DNA of 64,000 bases from Pristiophorus japonicus (GCF_044704955.1 NC_091987.1:188852001-188916000); one strand, 5' to 3'; shown: positions 36,852 to 50,374, numbered from the stretch's first letter. Program-made: numbers and translations. The notes: a model not told the origin generated them from the sequence alone.

Positions 36852-38523
36852 AAAATTACTAACAGGAGTTAATCGGGGCCAATCGGCACAGATTTCTAAA
36901 AGGCAGGAATTGCAGTGGATACAGGTTATATGGATTTTCAAAAAGAATTCATTAAGCTGCCATATGGCAATGGCATATGTAATTGGCTGAAGGTATGGTT
37001 GGAGAGTAGGAAGCAAAGAGTATTGGTAAAAGGCTGTTTCTTGTCTGGAATGGTTTGCTGACTTGTGTCCCATCGGGATCTGTATTGGGTCACTATTATT
37101 TGCTCTATACAGAAACGATTTGGATTTAGGAATTGAGGAAATAGTATCAAAATTGGCTGATCACGTGGAATTGGAAGATATGGGAAATTGTAATCAGGAT
37201 TGTGAAATACTGCAGAATATATAGATAGGCAAACAGGATTGGTATATAGGCAGCAGATGCAATTCACTGCAGAAAAATATGAGTTAATACATTTTGGAAG
37301 TAAAAACAGAGGGAATATTTTAAATTCGAGGAGCAGGGCGATTTGCTGTGCAGAAAGATAAGCAATTTAAACCACAAGTAGATAAACTGAATCCATGGTT
37401 TTGCATCTGGAGGCATAGAATAGAAAAAGTGGTAATGTTGAACTTTTTAGTTCAGCCAAAGTTGGAGCATTGTATCTAGACAATGGAAACGGTGCAGCAA
37501 GGATTCACTAGGATGTTCGCGGGAATGAGGAATTACTGTTAGGAAGAGACTTAAGAAGATAGGGCTTGATTTTGTTTAGAGCTGAGAAGGTTAAGAGTGT
37601 CCTGAAAGAGGGTTTAACATACGGTAAATAATGAGAGATTGTCTCAACTGTTCACTGCGACAGTAACGAGAGGGCACAAAGTTTAAGATAATCACAAACG
37701 AATTGAAGTGGAAGTTAGAAAAAATGATCTTTACACGGTTGCTGCTTCGAATATGGAATTCACTGCCACAAACCATTATTGGGACAGAATCCATGAATTT
37801 TTAAAAGAAGGATAGTTGCTTGACGAAGAGGGATATTAAAGAATATGGAGAGTGAGCAGGAGAGTGGGAATAGATTATGTGGAGAAAAAACACTGGACAA
37901 ACCTAATTGGGCAAACAGTCTGTTTCTATACTGTAGCATGATCTCCATCTTTTCTATAATCAGCTTTATTTGTTTCTCAGAATAATAAATCTACGCAGTG
38001 GAATGAAAGTTTAAATTACGCAGATGCTGTTGGAAATTTTTGTTGCTGTGCGTCAAAAACTATTTAACGGCATTCCGTTGCGATTGTTTGTTGTTTTGTC
38101 AAGTTTCCTCTCTTGCTCCTCTAAAGATCCAAACACTCTGTCTTACATGCACTTCCTGTTCTCAGCGCCGTCTGTGTATAGAAATCAAAACTTAGCATCT
38201 CACAACCTCAGAACTGTGGAATGCTTTAGTGTTTCCTTTCTCCTACAATATACGGGCTTTTATAACTAAAGCGTGATATTATCTAACCACTAATTCTTGA
38301 TATTTCTCACCCTCTCTCCAACCCTTTTCAACATTAATATCCAAAACAATAGAGGTCCAAAATTACATCAGCGCATCTAAGAATGTAAACGCTGAGTGTA
38401 CAATTGGCAATTAGTAGTCAAACGCTTATTTGTATGACATCCCTCTGTCCACTACCTCAATGAAGGCATTAACTTTTGTACTTTAAATGCTATAATGTCA
38501 GTGGAAAAACAATAGACAAATGA

Positions 38524-41455
38524 ATAGAAACACAGAAAATAGGTGCAGGAGTAGGCCATTCGGCCATTCGAGGCTGCACCGCCATTCAATGAGTTCATGG
38601 CTGAACATGCAACTTCAGTACCCCATTCCTGCTTTCTCGCCATACCCCTTGATCCTCCTAGTAGTAAGGACTTCATCTAACTCCTTTTTGAATATATTTA
38701 GTGAATTGGCCTCAACAACTTTCTGTGGTAGAGAATTCCACAGGTTCACCACTCTCTGGGTGAAGAGGTTTCTCCTCATCTCGGTCCTAAATGGCTTACC
38801 CCTTATCCTTAGACTGTGACCCCTGGTTCTGGACTTCCCCAACATTGGGAACATTCTTCCTGCATCTAACCTGTCTAAACCCGTCAGAATTTTAAACGTT
38901 TCTATGAGATCCCCTCTCATTCTTCTGAACTTCAGTGAATACAAGCCCAGTTGATCCAGTCTTTCTTGATATGTCAGTCCCGCCGTCCCGGGAATCAGTC
39001 TGGTGAACCTTCGCTGCACTCCCTCAATAGCAAGAATGTCCTTCCTCAAGTTAGGAGACCAAAACTGTACACAATACTCCAGGTGTGGCCTCACCAAGGC
39101 CCTGTACAACTGTAGCAACACTTCCCTGCCCTTGTACTCAAATCCCCTCGCTATGAAGGCCAACATGCCATTTGCTTTCTTAACCGCCTGCTGTACCTGC
39201 ATGCCAACCTTCAATGACTGATGTACCATGACACCCAGGTCTCGTTGCACCTCCCCTTTTCCTAATCTGGCACCATTCAGATAGTAGTCTGTCTCTCTGT
39301 TTTTAGCACCAAAGTGGATAACCTCACATTTATCCACATTATACTTCATCTGCCATGCCTTTGCCCACTCACCTAACCTATCCAAGTCGCTCTGCAGCCT
39401 CATAGCATCCTCCTCGCAGCTCACACTGCCACCCAACTTAGTGTCATCTGCAAATTTGGAGATACTACATTTAATCCCCTTGTCTAAATCGTTGATGTAC
39501 AATGTAAACAGCTGGGGCCCCAGCACAGAACCTTGCGTTACCCCACTAGTCACTGCCTGCCATTCTGAAAAGTACCCATTTACTCTTTGCTTCCTGTCTG
39601 CCAACCAGTTCTCAATCCACGTCAGCACACTACCCCCAGTCCCATGTGCTTTAACTTTGCACATTAATCTCTTATGTGGGACCTTGTCGAAAGCCTTCTG
39701 AAAGTCCAAATACACCAAATCAACTGGTTCTCCCTTGTCCACTCTACTGGAAACATCCTCAAAAAATTCCAGAAGATTTGTCAAGCATGATTTCCCTTTC
39801 ACAAATCCATGCTGACTTGGACCTATCATGTCACCTCTTTCCAAATGCACTGCTATGACATCCTTAATAATTGATTCCATCATTTTACCCACTACCGATG
39901 TCAGACTGACCGGTCTATAATTCCCTGATTTCTCTCTCCCTCCTTTTTTAAAAAGTGGGGTTGCATTGGCTACCCTCCACTCCATAGGAACTGATCCAGA
40001 GTCTATGGAATGTTGGAAAATGACTGTCAATGCATCCACTATTTCCAAGGCCACCTCCTTAAGTAATCTGGGATGCAGTCCATCAGGCCCTGGGGATTTA
40101 TCGGCCTTCAATCCCATCAATTTCCCCAACACAATTTCCCGACTAATAAGGATTTTCCTCAGTTCCTCCTTCTTACTAGACCCTCTGACCACTTTTATAT
40201 CCGGAAGGTTGTTTGTGTCCTCCTTAGTGAATACTGAACCAAAGTACTTGTTCAATTGGTCTGCCATTTCTTTCTTCCCCGTTATGACTTCCCCTGATTC
40301 TGACTGCAGGGGACCTACGTTTGTCTTTACTAACCTTTTTCTCTTTACATATCTGTAGAAGCTTTTACAGTCCGTCTGCAAGCTTCCTCTCGTACTCTAT
40401 TTTCCCTACCCTAATCAAACCCTTTGTCCTCCTCTGCTGCGTTCTAAATTTCTCCCAGTCCCTGGCTAATTTGTATGCCACTTCCTTGGCTTTAATACTA
40501 TCCCTGATTTCCCTTGATAGCCATGGTTGAGCCACCTTCCCTTTTTTATTTTTACGCCAGACAGGGATGTACAATTGTTGTAGTTCATCCATGCGGTTTC
40601 TAAATGTCTGCCATTGCCCATCCACTGTCAACCCCTTAAGTATCATTCACTAATCGATCCTAGCCAATTCACGCCTCATACCTTCAAAGTTACCCTTCTT
40701 TAAGTTCTGGACCATGGTCTCTGAATTAACTGTTTCATTCTCCATCCTAATGTAGAATTCCACCATATTATGGTCACTCTTCCCCAAGGGACCTCGCACA
40801 ATGAGATTGCTAATTAATCCTCTCTCATTACACAACATCCAGTCTAGATGACCTCCCTCCTAGTTGGTTCCTTGACATATTGGTCTAGAAAACCATCCCT
40901 TATGCACTCCAGGAAATCCTCCTCCACCGTATTGCTTCTAGTTTGGTTAGTCCAATCTATATGCATATTACAGTCACCCATGATAACTGCTGCATCTTTA
41001 TTGCATGCACCCCTAATTTCCTGTTTGATGCCCTCCCCAACATCACTACTACTGTTTGGAGGTCTGTACACAACTCCCACTAACATTTTTTGCCCTTTGG
41101 TGTTCTGCAGCTCTACCCATTTAGATTCCACATCATCCAAGCTAATGCCCTTCCTAACTATTGCATTAATCTCCCCTTTAACCAGCAATGCTACCCCACC
41201 TCCTTTTCCTTTTATTCTATCCTTCCTGAATGTTGAATACCCATGGATGTTGAGTTCCCAGCCCTGATCATCCTGGAGCCATGTCTCTGTAATCCCAATC
41301 ACATCATACCTGTTAACATTTATTTGCAGAGTTAATTCATCCACCTTATTACGGATACTCCTTGCATTAAGACACAAAGCCTTCAGGCTTGTTTTTTTTA
41401 ACACCCTTTGTACTTTTAGAATTATGATGTCGTGTGGCCTTTTTTGTTTCTTGCC
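38524..41455 (-). mobile_element. CR1 (HER1-like) LINE, whole ORF2 region plus tail
   Basis: APE fragments (LNARSIRNK, ITETWL, VYRPP, SDH) in 40365-41464 and a 588-aa open RT-containing frame at 38615-40381; tail at about 38524-38560. Confidence 0.95.
38615..40381 (-). pseudogene. CR1 ORF2 RT portion, open but separated from APE by stop/frameshifts
   Basis: NYRPVSLTS, QHGF, DFQKAFDKV, TQGSVLGP, FADD. Confidence 0.9.
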
Positions 41456-42011
41456 TGTACACATACACTAATGTGTTAAGCATTTGTCCACTAATATCGC
41501 TAATAGTAATGTCTAGGCTTATCTCCGTGATGGATAAGCACTTGCTCTGACAGAGAGAGCAGAGATTGTATTCCTAAAAATAAATCACCTCAACTCCACA
41601 AAAACTCTTGAATTCATTTCCATCCTTTTTAGCTTGCGCTACGTAACATATCATCAGCATATTGTGTATTAAACAGAATATAAAAATATTGTAAATGGTT
41701 GAAAATATTAAAAGATTTGTGACTCACAGTTACTGAGAATTAGCTGGGTTAACAGAAAATGTTGATGCGTTCATTGCCTGTACACATTGACTCATCAACT
41801 CAAAGTGAAACAGCGTTGGAAATTGTGTGGTATTAACTATTCACTGCAAGATTCTTCTTTTTATTGTTGCACCTCTAACTGCTGATATATTAGTTCAATA
41901 TAGTAGGTCAATAGTTTATATATTTCACCAAGGTTTGAAGTAGATGTTGTGAAGTACAAAGTATTATTGGAAGAAATGTGATTTTTGAAAAAAAAGCTGG
42001 GAATATTTGAT

Positions 42012-42112
42012 GGCACAGAGCTGGGCGTGCCTGTGGGCGCAGTGCTGGGAGTGCCTGTGGGCGCAGTGCTGGGAGTGCCTGTGGGCGCAGTGCTGGGAGT
42101 GCCTGTGGGCAC
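42012..42112. repeat. 24-bp minisatellite (GGCGCAGTGCTGGGAGTGCCTGTG) x about 4.2
   Basis: Three identical units plus one divergent first unit, read directly. Confidence 0.95.
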
Positions 42113-42254
42113 TGTTAAGCAAATATTATAGCAACCCTAAATTTATTTCTGTGTAATAAGATCTCTGTTTACCATTATGTAATGCTGCTCATACACAAGG
42201 GCTTTAATATCTCTGCAAGCAGAGTGTGTTACCACTGAATATCTGGGTTCCACT

Positions 42255-43075
42255 AGAACCACTTAGTTTCAGACCTCATTACAGCCTTGGTCCAAACATG
42301 GACACAATATTTGAATTCCAGAGTGGAGGTGAGAGTGATTGCCCTTGACATCAAGGCAGAATCTGACCTGACTGTGGCATCAAGCATCCCTGGTAAAATG
42401 AAGTCAATGGGAATGAGGGGAAAACTTTTAAGTGGCTGGAGTCCTACCTGGCATAAAGGAAGATGGTTGTGGTTATTGGAGGCCAATCATCTCAACCCAA
42501 GGTCATTGCTGCAGGAGTTCCTTAAGGCAGAGTCCTAGGCCCAACCATCTTCATCAACGACCTTCCTTCCATCATAAGGTCAGAAGTGGAGCTGTTCACT
42601 GATGACTGTACAGTGTTTAGCTCCATTTATCATTCCTCAGAAAATGAAGCAGTCCATGCCCGCATGCAGTAAGACCCAGACAATATTCAGGTTTGGGCTA
42701 ATAAGTGGCAAGTAACCTTTGTGCTCTGCAAGTGCCAGGGAATGACAATCTCCAACCACCTCCTCATGACAATTAATGTCTTTACCATCGCCAAGTCCCC
42801 CACCTGGGAGTCACCATTGCCCGGAAACACAATTACACCACTTCAATTCGATGGCTACTAGAGCAGAACAGAGGCTGATATTGCCTTCCGATTCTTCAAA
42901 GCGTCTCCACCACCTACAAGGCACAAGTCAGGAGTGTGATGGAATACTCTTCACTTGCCTGGATGAGTGAGCAGTTCACTTGATCATCAGCCCATCCACC
43001 ACCTCAAACATCCACCAGTGTGTACTATCCACAGGATGCACTCTAGCAACTCGCCACAACTTGGACAGCAGCACC
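42255..43075 (+). mobile_element. CR1-clade (second family) RT fragment
   Basis: VQTWTQYLNSRVEVRVIALDIKA; downstream part parallels 16790-17540. Confidence 0.8.
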
Positions 43076-44524
43076 TTTACATCTCTGTTAATTCAGGAAT
43101 ATCAAGTTTGGTGATTCCTCAGTTAAAGCTAATAAATTAGTATACAAATAACAACTAAATGCTATTGATTGCCATTGAGAACACTTGTTCATAATGTAAT
43201 AAAATCACAATAGGATGTTCTTAACATTAAATAATTTCAAATGGTGATGTGCTTTCCTGTGCAATGTACTCAATCAGAAAAACAGCTTCTTCTCAATAAA
43301 AACTGACATTTTCAGTAAAGAGGTTTAGATTAGTGTGAGTCCATGGGTGAGTGACAGTGCTAAACTAATGGTCATTATGCAGGAGTTCCTGGATAGCTAT
43401 CAGTAATCATTTATCATATCTTGACTCAAACTGTAAGGTGTATTTCAATTGAAATATTATTAATTTTCCTCCATAAACTTTTAAAACCGGAGGATGTTGT
43501 TTTAACAGTCATTTCTGAAGACCGGGAATCCTCCTAAGTTCTGTGTACAAAACAAGGCCAAGGTCAGAGGAAATTGTGCCTGAGTTACAGCTACGTACAA
43601 TACACAGATGTGTGAGGAAACTGTATTAATGTTGATCCAATATGGGCATTGATGTGCAGCCCACGAGAGGTTGTTTAGAATATATTTGGGGAATATATAT
43701 TTTTTTTAAAAGCTCCAATTTGAAGATGTAAAGAATATTCAGTTACAGTGTTTTTTTTTTGCTAATTCACTGCGTGCTTGCTGCACTGCAGCCACGAAGG
43801 GAATAAAAAAATCATTTCATAGAACTTTGTGTTGCTTTCAAGAGAAGTCAAAGGAATTCCTGTGCTATTCTTGGACCTCAACTGTTCTTATGCAATGGGA
43901 CTTTCCAAGTTTGTGGATCAGTTTTGTTCCTGAACTATTGTCCTAACTTTGGCAGGGTGTTCCGAAATATTGAAATGTAGCACCTTTGGCTCGCCAAACC
44001 TCTCCCCAAAAATTCCATGGTTCTCCTGCCTTCTGATTATGATCTCTGTGGTGGACTATGAGACACTGTATCCCACTGCTATACCCAAGGAGTTTCTGGC
44101 CTCCCTTATTCTCTACTGAAGAACCTCTGGGTGCTCCCTCCTTCACCCTCCTGGGCCTCAGTACTGTGTGTTTAAATCTCCGATGGAGTAAAATCCAGTG
44201 GATGACAACAGCAGGATCTGAATCACCGCTTGGTCATTCAGGAGCTTTTTATATCAAAATTTTTTTTACGAAGAACAAAATGGGGTAGAAATGCCTCTTG
44301 AGCCGTAGCGGAAAATGGATATTATCACATCAGCCACCCGTATACTGAATATCGGGCGGGGCGTATAATGGGGGGGCCGGAGCAGGATTGCCTATTTCGT
44401 GTATCTAACCAAATGATTGTGCAACTCAAGAAAAATAAATTATAAAATATAAATGGGGTTTAAAACCTCATTTATAACAATGCACAGGGTCCGAGTCTCC
44501 AATTTGCTATCAAAGGAATGTCAT

Positions 44525-44975
44525 TTTTATTCGTTCACAGCATGTGGGCATCACTGGCAAAGCCAGCATTTATTGGCTATCCTAATTGAGGTGCTGGTGA
44601 TGAACCGCCTTCTTGAACCGCTGCAGTACGTGTGGTGAAGGTGCTCCCACAGTGCTGATGTTGTTGCAATGGTTTGGTACAACTGAGGGGCTCGCTAGGC
44701 CATTTTAGAGGGCAGTTAAGAGTCAACCACATTGCTGTGAGTCTGGAGTCACATATAGGCCAGACCAGGTAAGGACAGCAGATTTCCTTCCCTAAAGGAC
44801 ATTAGTGAACAAGTTGGTTTTTTTGACAATCCGGTAGTCTCATGGTCATCATCACTGATCCTATTTTTTTAAAATTCCAGATTTATTTAATTAACTGAAT
44901 TTAAATTCCCCAGCTGCCTTGGTAGGATTTGAACTCACGTCTCTGATTACTAGTCCAGTAACATAACCACTATGC
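44525..44975 (-). mobile_element. tRNA-derived SINE (family of 14733-15103)
   Basis: Reverse complement aligns with 14733-15103, including the B-box (ggatttgaactc at about 44925-44936). Confidence 0.85.
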
Positions 44976-46099
44976 CTCTCAATTTATATAATAATTTAAA
45001 ATGAAGTGTACCATACAATTTAATACTTTTCTTTTAGAAGGTGGAAGAACTCTTTCAACATAAAATAAGTATACTGTAACTTATTACACTAATTTATGAC
45101 CAAAAAAATCCCATAACGGCAAATTCAGAGATTCAAATTTTATGGGGACCCAAAGCCAAATGGGTTTCTGTCCCCCGTCTGTAATTATTGAGGCAAATAA
45201 AGAACATTTTTAATCGCAGTCGTATTTGAAAATGTGTGGTGTTGCACACGGTAAAGTGCCCCTTGTTTCCACATCACAGTGAAGCTAAGTAGCGCATGTT
45301 ATAATAGTGCCCGCCGTTCATTCAGTCTCATTTTTGCTTCCTTGCAATGAACGGTTACATAAAACCACTGACAATGAACTCTGCATAGATTGAAAAGGTT
45401 TTGCTCTTGCATTTCTTGCGCCTGTTATGTTTGGAGCAACAATTCTGTAATTTTCAGTAAAGTGGTTTACTGCAGCCTTTGTAAGTGAGAAGCAGTGTGC
45501 AGTACGAGATTGATTTTATCTCCAGCGCAGTCCTGGGTGACCACAGTAGAAATCCACAGACCTCCATCCGTGAACTATCAAGCTGTAAACCTTTATATTT
45601 TAACCATTTTTATTTCAACGTTGACTCAACTAAACATAAACCTGTTTTTCTTGTGTAAAGTTCAGCATCCCTATAGTGTTGTTTACATCACGGAAATGTT
45701 TGGAGTGAGATTTATTATCTGTGTATGTCAATATTGGTATATGAATGCGCCTGGCTCAGTAGCAGCTTGCTGGAATGTTCCATGACTAAAATTGGTTTGA
45801 AACCAAACATCTAATAATTATAAAGAAATCCTCAGAACTAGATAGATGTAACGGTAAAATTATCAACCACTCCACCAATACTTTATGAATGGAGATAGTT
45901 GATTGGAGGCAATAGTTTTTGCATCCATTGTTTATTATCACATAAATTATTTCGCATTGGTCAATATTGAACTCAAGAAGACAGTGATGTAAATAAAAGC
46001 TATTAATTTTCTGCCAATGGTCAGCCCCTCGCTCCTCTCCTCTCCTGAAACTTTGAGTCATGGCTAGAATAAGGGCCTGCAGGAGATAATTATTTTCAG

Positions 46100-46855
46100 A
46101 TACCTTTCCAGTGACTGTTCTTCATGTGTCAGCATAGATAGTGAGTGTGGACACACTGTTTGACTGTTGAGAGCATCAAGGCTGAGTCAGCTCCTGTCAT
46201 TAAATACTGAAGAAATACTTGCATTTATATAGCAGCTTTCACAATCTCAGGAAGTACCAAAATGCTTTACAGCCATTGAAGTATAATCACTGTTGTAATA
46301 TAGAAAATGAGGCAGAAAATTGCACACCGCAAACTCTCACAAAGAGCGATGTGATAATGACTAGATAATCTGTTTTGTTTATGTTGATTGAGGGATAAAT
46401 ATTGGCCAGGACATCGGGGATAACTCCCCTGCTCTTCTTCAAAATAGTGCCACGGGATATTTTACATCCACCCGAGAGAGCCTTGGTTTAACATCTCATC
46501 CAAAAGATGATACCTTTGACAGTGCAGACCTCCCTCAGTACTGCACTGGAGTGTCAGCCTAGATTGTTGTGCTCAAGTCTCTGGCATGGGACTTGAACCC
46601 ACAACCTTCTGAGTCAGATGTGAGCCCACTGAGTCATGGCTGACACTTGCCCGATGCTCTTCCATGAGTTGTTGCTCGGCAACAATCAGAAGTTTGCTCC
46701 TGACTGATTTTCTCCTCCATAACGAGGACACTATGACCTGATACCAGCACCTTGACCTAGATCAGCTAATTCAGCACAGACTGAGGATTAAATCGAATGT
46801 CCCATCTATATGGCTGATTTCCATTCTGTCTGAATGAGCTGAGCCATTGAGGGAA
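46100..46855 (-). mobile_element. Ancient SINE-like repeat split by the DeuSINE; second copy at about 50318-50900
   Basis: cagtgactgttcttcatgtgtcagc (46110) resembles aagtgaccattcttcagatgtgagc (50319); agatcagctaattcagcacagactg resembles agatcacttatgttaggcaagactg. Confidence 0.45.
46215..46647 (-). mobile_element. DeuSINE (SacSINE1/AmnSINE-like) with L2-type tail
   Basis: tRNA head with B-box (gggacttgaaccc 46589-46601); Deu-like core ggatgagatgttaaacc on the minus strand; tail matches the L2 end at about 21980-22040. Confidence 0.8.
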
Positions 46856-47661
46856 ACATCAGGAAAATGAAGCCTATTTTTCTTGAGTGCAGATTGAAAG
46901 AGTCATGCAGACATATAATTCTACGAAAAGAACTATAAAGGGGGTTCACATTAACAAAAGTTAATGATCACATTATGGTTTAACTATAAAATGACATGTA
47001 AAAGTATCACTACAAGAGCATTACAGTGCATGCTATCCACCTGTATTGAAATAACCGGTTTCATAGATTATAATGGTCAGATATCAAAGCATCGTATTGT
47101 AATGGAATACTAGTTCATTAGCTAGAAAAGTGACTGATTATAATGCACCTGTAATATACTCCTTTCACATTTCTCAAGCAACTAAGTTTCTAAAAAGGTT
47201 TAACTGATGCAAAGTTTGTGAATCCTGATACGGATACCTTTATCATGATTTCTATGAATATTGAGAAAATCCTAGTTTGTCCACAAGGGGCACAGCACAT
47301 ATAAACATAACTAAAATGGCTGTCAGCACACGGAACTCATGGCAAAGCACAATTGACTGCAGAATAACCAATTGAAGCAATTATGTGACTAAGGAAGGAA
47401 TTTGATAAAGACTGTCTGAGATATTATGTTAAAACACTTGTGATTGTTTTGTTCCATTTGTATAACTATTTGTGCTGACATATATTGTAAACTAAAGACA
47501 TTTTTGCATTTGCATATGTGCCCCAGAGCCACTTGAGTCAAAATGTGCTTAAAATAAAGTTTAAATAATTGAACACGAAGGAAAGAGAGAAAACGGTGAA
47601 CACACAATTTTTATTTTGTGAACTTTAGTACTGGCCAGCGATGAACTGAGGAAACTACATG

Positions 47662-47779
47662 GGGCGTGAAATTGGTCATGGACAGGAACACATGATTTCA
47701 AGAGAATTGACTATCAGGCACGTCGTATAACGGGCAGCAAATGCCGTTTTGCCTCCTGCCCATGTCCAGTTTCACTCCC
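47662..47779. mobile_element. 118-bp mini-MITE (foldback)
   Basis: 26-bp TIRs GGGCGTGAAATTGGTCATGGACAGGA / TCCTGCCCATGTCCAGTTTCACTCCC with 4 mismatches. Confidence 0.8.
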
Positions 47780-50374
47780 TTGTAGTTTTTCCCTGGAGAT
47801 TTTCTACCTGCAAAAAAAAATCATCTCTGTTTGTATTCACAGATAGCTTCAAATATTTAAATGAAAAACAGATCTGAGGTTATTGAACTTTCAGTATATG
47901 CATATTTTCTGTTTTTTAACACTTCAATATTAATCATGCCATGACATCTATAAGAAGTCACAGGCTTCTCCAGGATGCATTCTCCTTCTCTATGTTGGTA
48001 TCTTCCCAGAGAGGCGACTTTTTATCCTTACATTTTTTCCATTGTAATATTCATCATTTTTGGCAAGATCTCAGGTTTCCACTGAAGTATATTTTCCCCT
48101 AATCTCAGATTAAATATTTCCTTTTAACTACACGCAGATTCTCTTTCATTAAGTGAGCTACAAACTCTAGTCTCTTACAAACATATCAATCTGATCATAT
48201 GAAGCTTGTGTCCATCCTCAGACTTTAACCGTGGGCCTATATTATCTTACATTTTCTGCACATAACCTCAAGTTTCACTAACTTTTTTCTTAGACTTAAG
48301 TTATGCTGTTGTTTGTCTAATTTCTCTAAATGATACCTGCTGTTAGGTCCTTGCTTACTAGTTTTACTTCTTGATCTATCACCTCCTGTTCACCCTCTGA
48401 TTGTTCCTTCTCCATTTAATGCATCTGCTGGTACCTCCCTCCCTAGTTTCTTATTAACTTTTCCAGTTGAAATAAATTAAATTTTTTATTCTTCTTCTGA
48501 TGCATATTTAGTTTAGTCCATCTTTAAACTAACATGCCTTACAACAAAACCAATCCAAAAACTAAACTTTGTGAACAGATTTCTGCATATCAACTGTTGG
48601 ATAATATTGGTGGGAACTGCTGCGATCAATTCAAGATTAGATATATTGATGAAAATATTTTGGGTTAACTGAGTAAAGCACTGATTTATATTTTCTCATT
48701 CAAATAAGATGGTACATTATGTTGCAGATCTCAGATAAGATTATAGGAAAGACTGATAATACTGAGAACAGTAACTGCTAAAACTCACTAACATCAGTTC
48801 AGCTGATTACTCATGTTCTGCTTCTATTGCCCCCTGTGCAATTCTGCAAATGCTTCTCATATCTGGCCTATAACAAGGTCTTTACAAATAGGCCATTTGA
48901 TTTGCAGCTTTTATTTCTGTGTTTTCCAAGAGTGATCTCCACTGGCTAGCAAACAATATCGGAATCAGAATCCTGAGGAAATTTCTTGAACTGAATCTGC
49001 TTCATCAAAAAAAAATTTTAAATAGTGACATTTTTAATACTTTCCCATGCAGATAAAATGCATCATCTATTTATTCACACACTGTTTTGTCTCTGCTATG
49101 TTTCTATCATCGTTTAGGATGGGAGTGAGACTCAGAGTTCTGGTAGTGCCATGTTGCCACCTTCGAACAGTCTTACTCACTTAATTACGCACACCTTATT
49201 TCCATTCAACGTAACACTGAAAGGAACGTCTCTCCCTCAGTTTGAACAACACAAATCACTCGATGGCTCCTCCCTTCTGCCTGCATCATTACTGACTCTC
49301 TAACGACTTCAGATAAGTCATGAGCATAATTGTTCTGGTCTTCCTGTACAGCTACACAGTTAATTTGCGTCACTTTATTAACATGAAATAAAAGGATAAT
49401 ACCTTGCCCTTCTTTAACTGCGCAGATAGGATCTGACTCATAACACCCCTTAACGACACCAAAATAAAGTGGCTGGTGTAAGTTATTAATCTGTAAGGAT
49501 CTATTATTTTGCGACGTAGTCACAAGCACAGACCTACATTTGGTTTGAACAAACTGCAGTTTGGGCAACATGAACCAATATTTCCGTTTCTGTTGCTGCC
49601 GTCATCTCTGCTTAAACAATAACATTTTACAATCTGTTGCCCTGTCTGAGAATTAAGCGGATGCAAAGCGATACAAATTCTCGCAAAATGTAAAGTGATC
49701 AGCATTATCGGGAACCAATGAGTGGAGTGTGTTGAGAAAAATAACCGAGGTTTATACAGATATTAGTAGCATTGCTTGTTTCTTTCAGGGAAATAGAAGC
49801 AGGAACTTTATTCGAAGATACTGTTTGCGACATCAGTGATCAAATATTGAACACATTTGTATCATATTGCTCTCTGCCAGATCAACAGGCAATTTAATAT
49901 ATTTAAAATAAACCGGTTAGTGACCCGATTAAAGCAGAGAGTGAGAAATTTGTGACGAACATTTTATTATTTATTCTAGGGATGCTGACAAGTCAACATT
50001 TATTGCAAATGATGGTTAGCTCGGCAATTTCAGAATTAAGCAGTTAGTGTGGACTAGAGTCGGGAGACTCCCTACCCTGAAGGACATTAGTGAAAATAAA
50101 AGCTTTCAAGGACATTTTTCCACATGTCAGCCAACAAGTTACTAGATTTATTGCATTAATTTCCACAAAGTTGTGGGATTTAATCTCTTGACCTCTGGGC
50201 TGCTTGGCCAGTGCCATTCCACCATGCACCTTGAAGGATGACATCACTGTCAGCAATGCGTAGTTTTCCATCTTTAACTGGGGTTCTGGAGGCGACAGAA
50301 ACCTTCTGAACCTGGTCCAAGTGACCATTCTTCAGATGTGAGCCAGGATTATGAGGGTTTACATACTATGCTAT

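Larger units (their letters stand above)
35000..37945 (+). mobile_element. Old degenerate CR1 ORF2 with nested insertions
   Basis: Recognisable CR1 nucleotide motifs (gactggagg, tatggattttcaaaaag, ctgtattgggtcacta, ttctatactgta tail) split by younger elements. Confidence 0.7.

Noticed and set aside
38615-40381. Active or domesticated reverse transcriptase
   Set aside because: Ordinary young CR1 copy; the endonuclease part is disconnected by a stop and frameshifts, and ORF1/5'UTR are missing.
41861-42112. Mucin-like PTGTPSTA repeat ORF or CRISPR-like array
   Set aside because: Simple head-to-tail 24-bp repeat with no spacers and no splice context; eukaryotic DNA.
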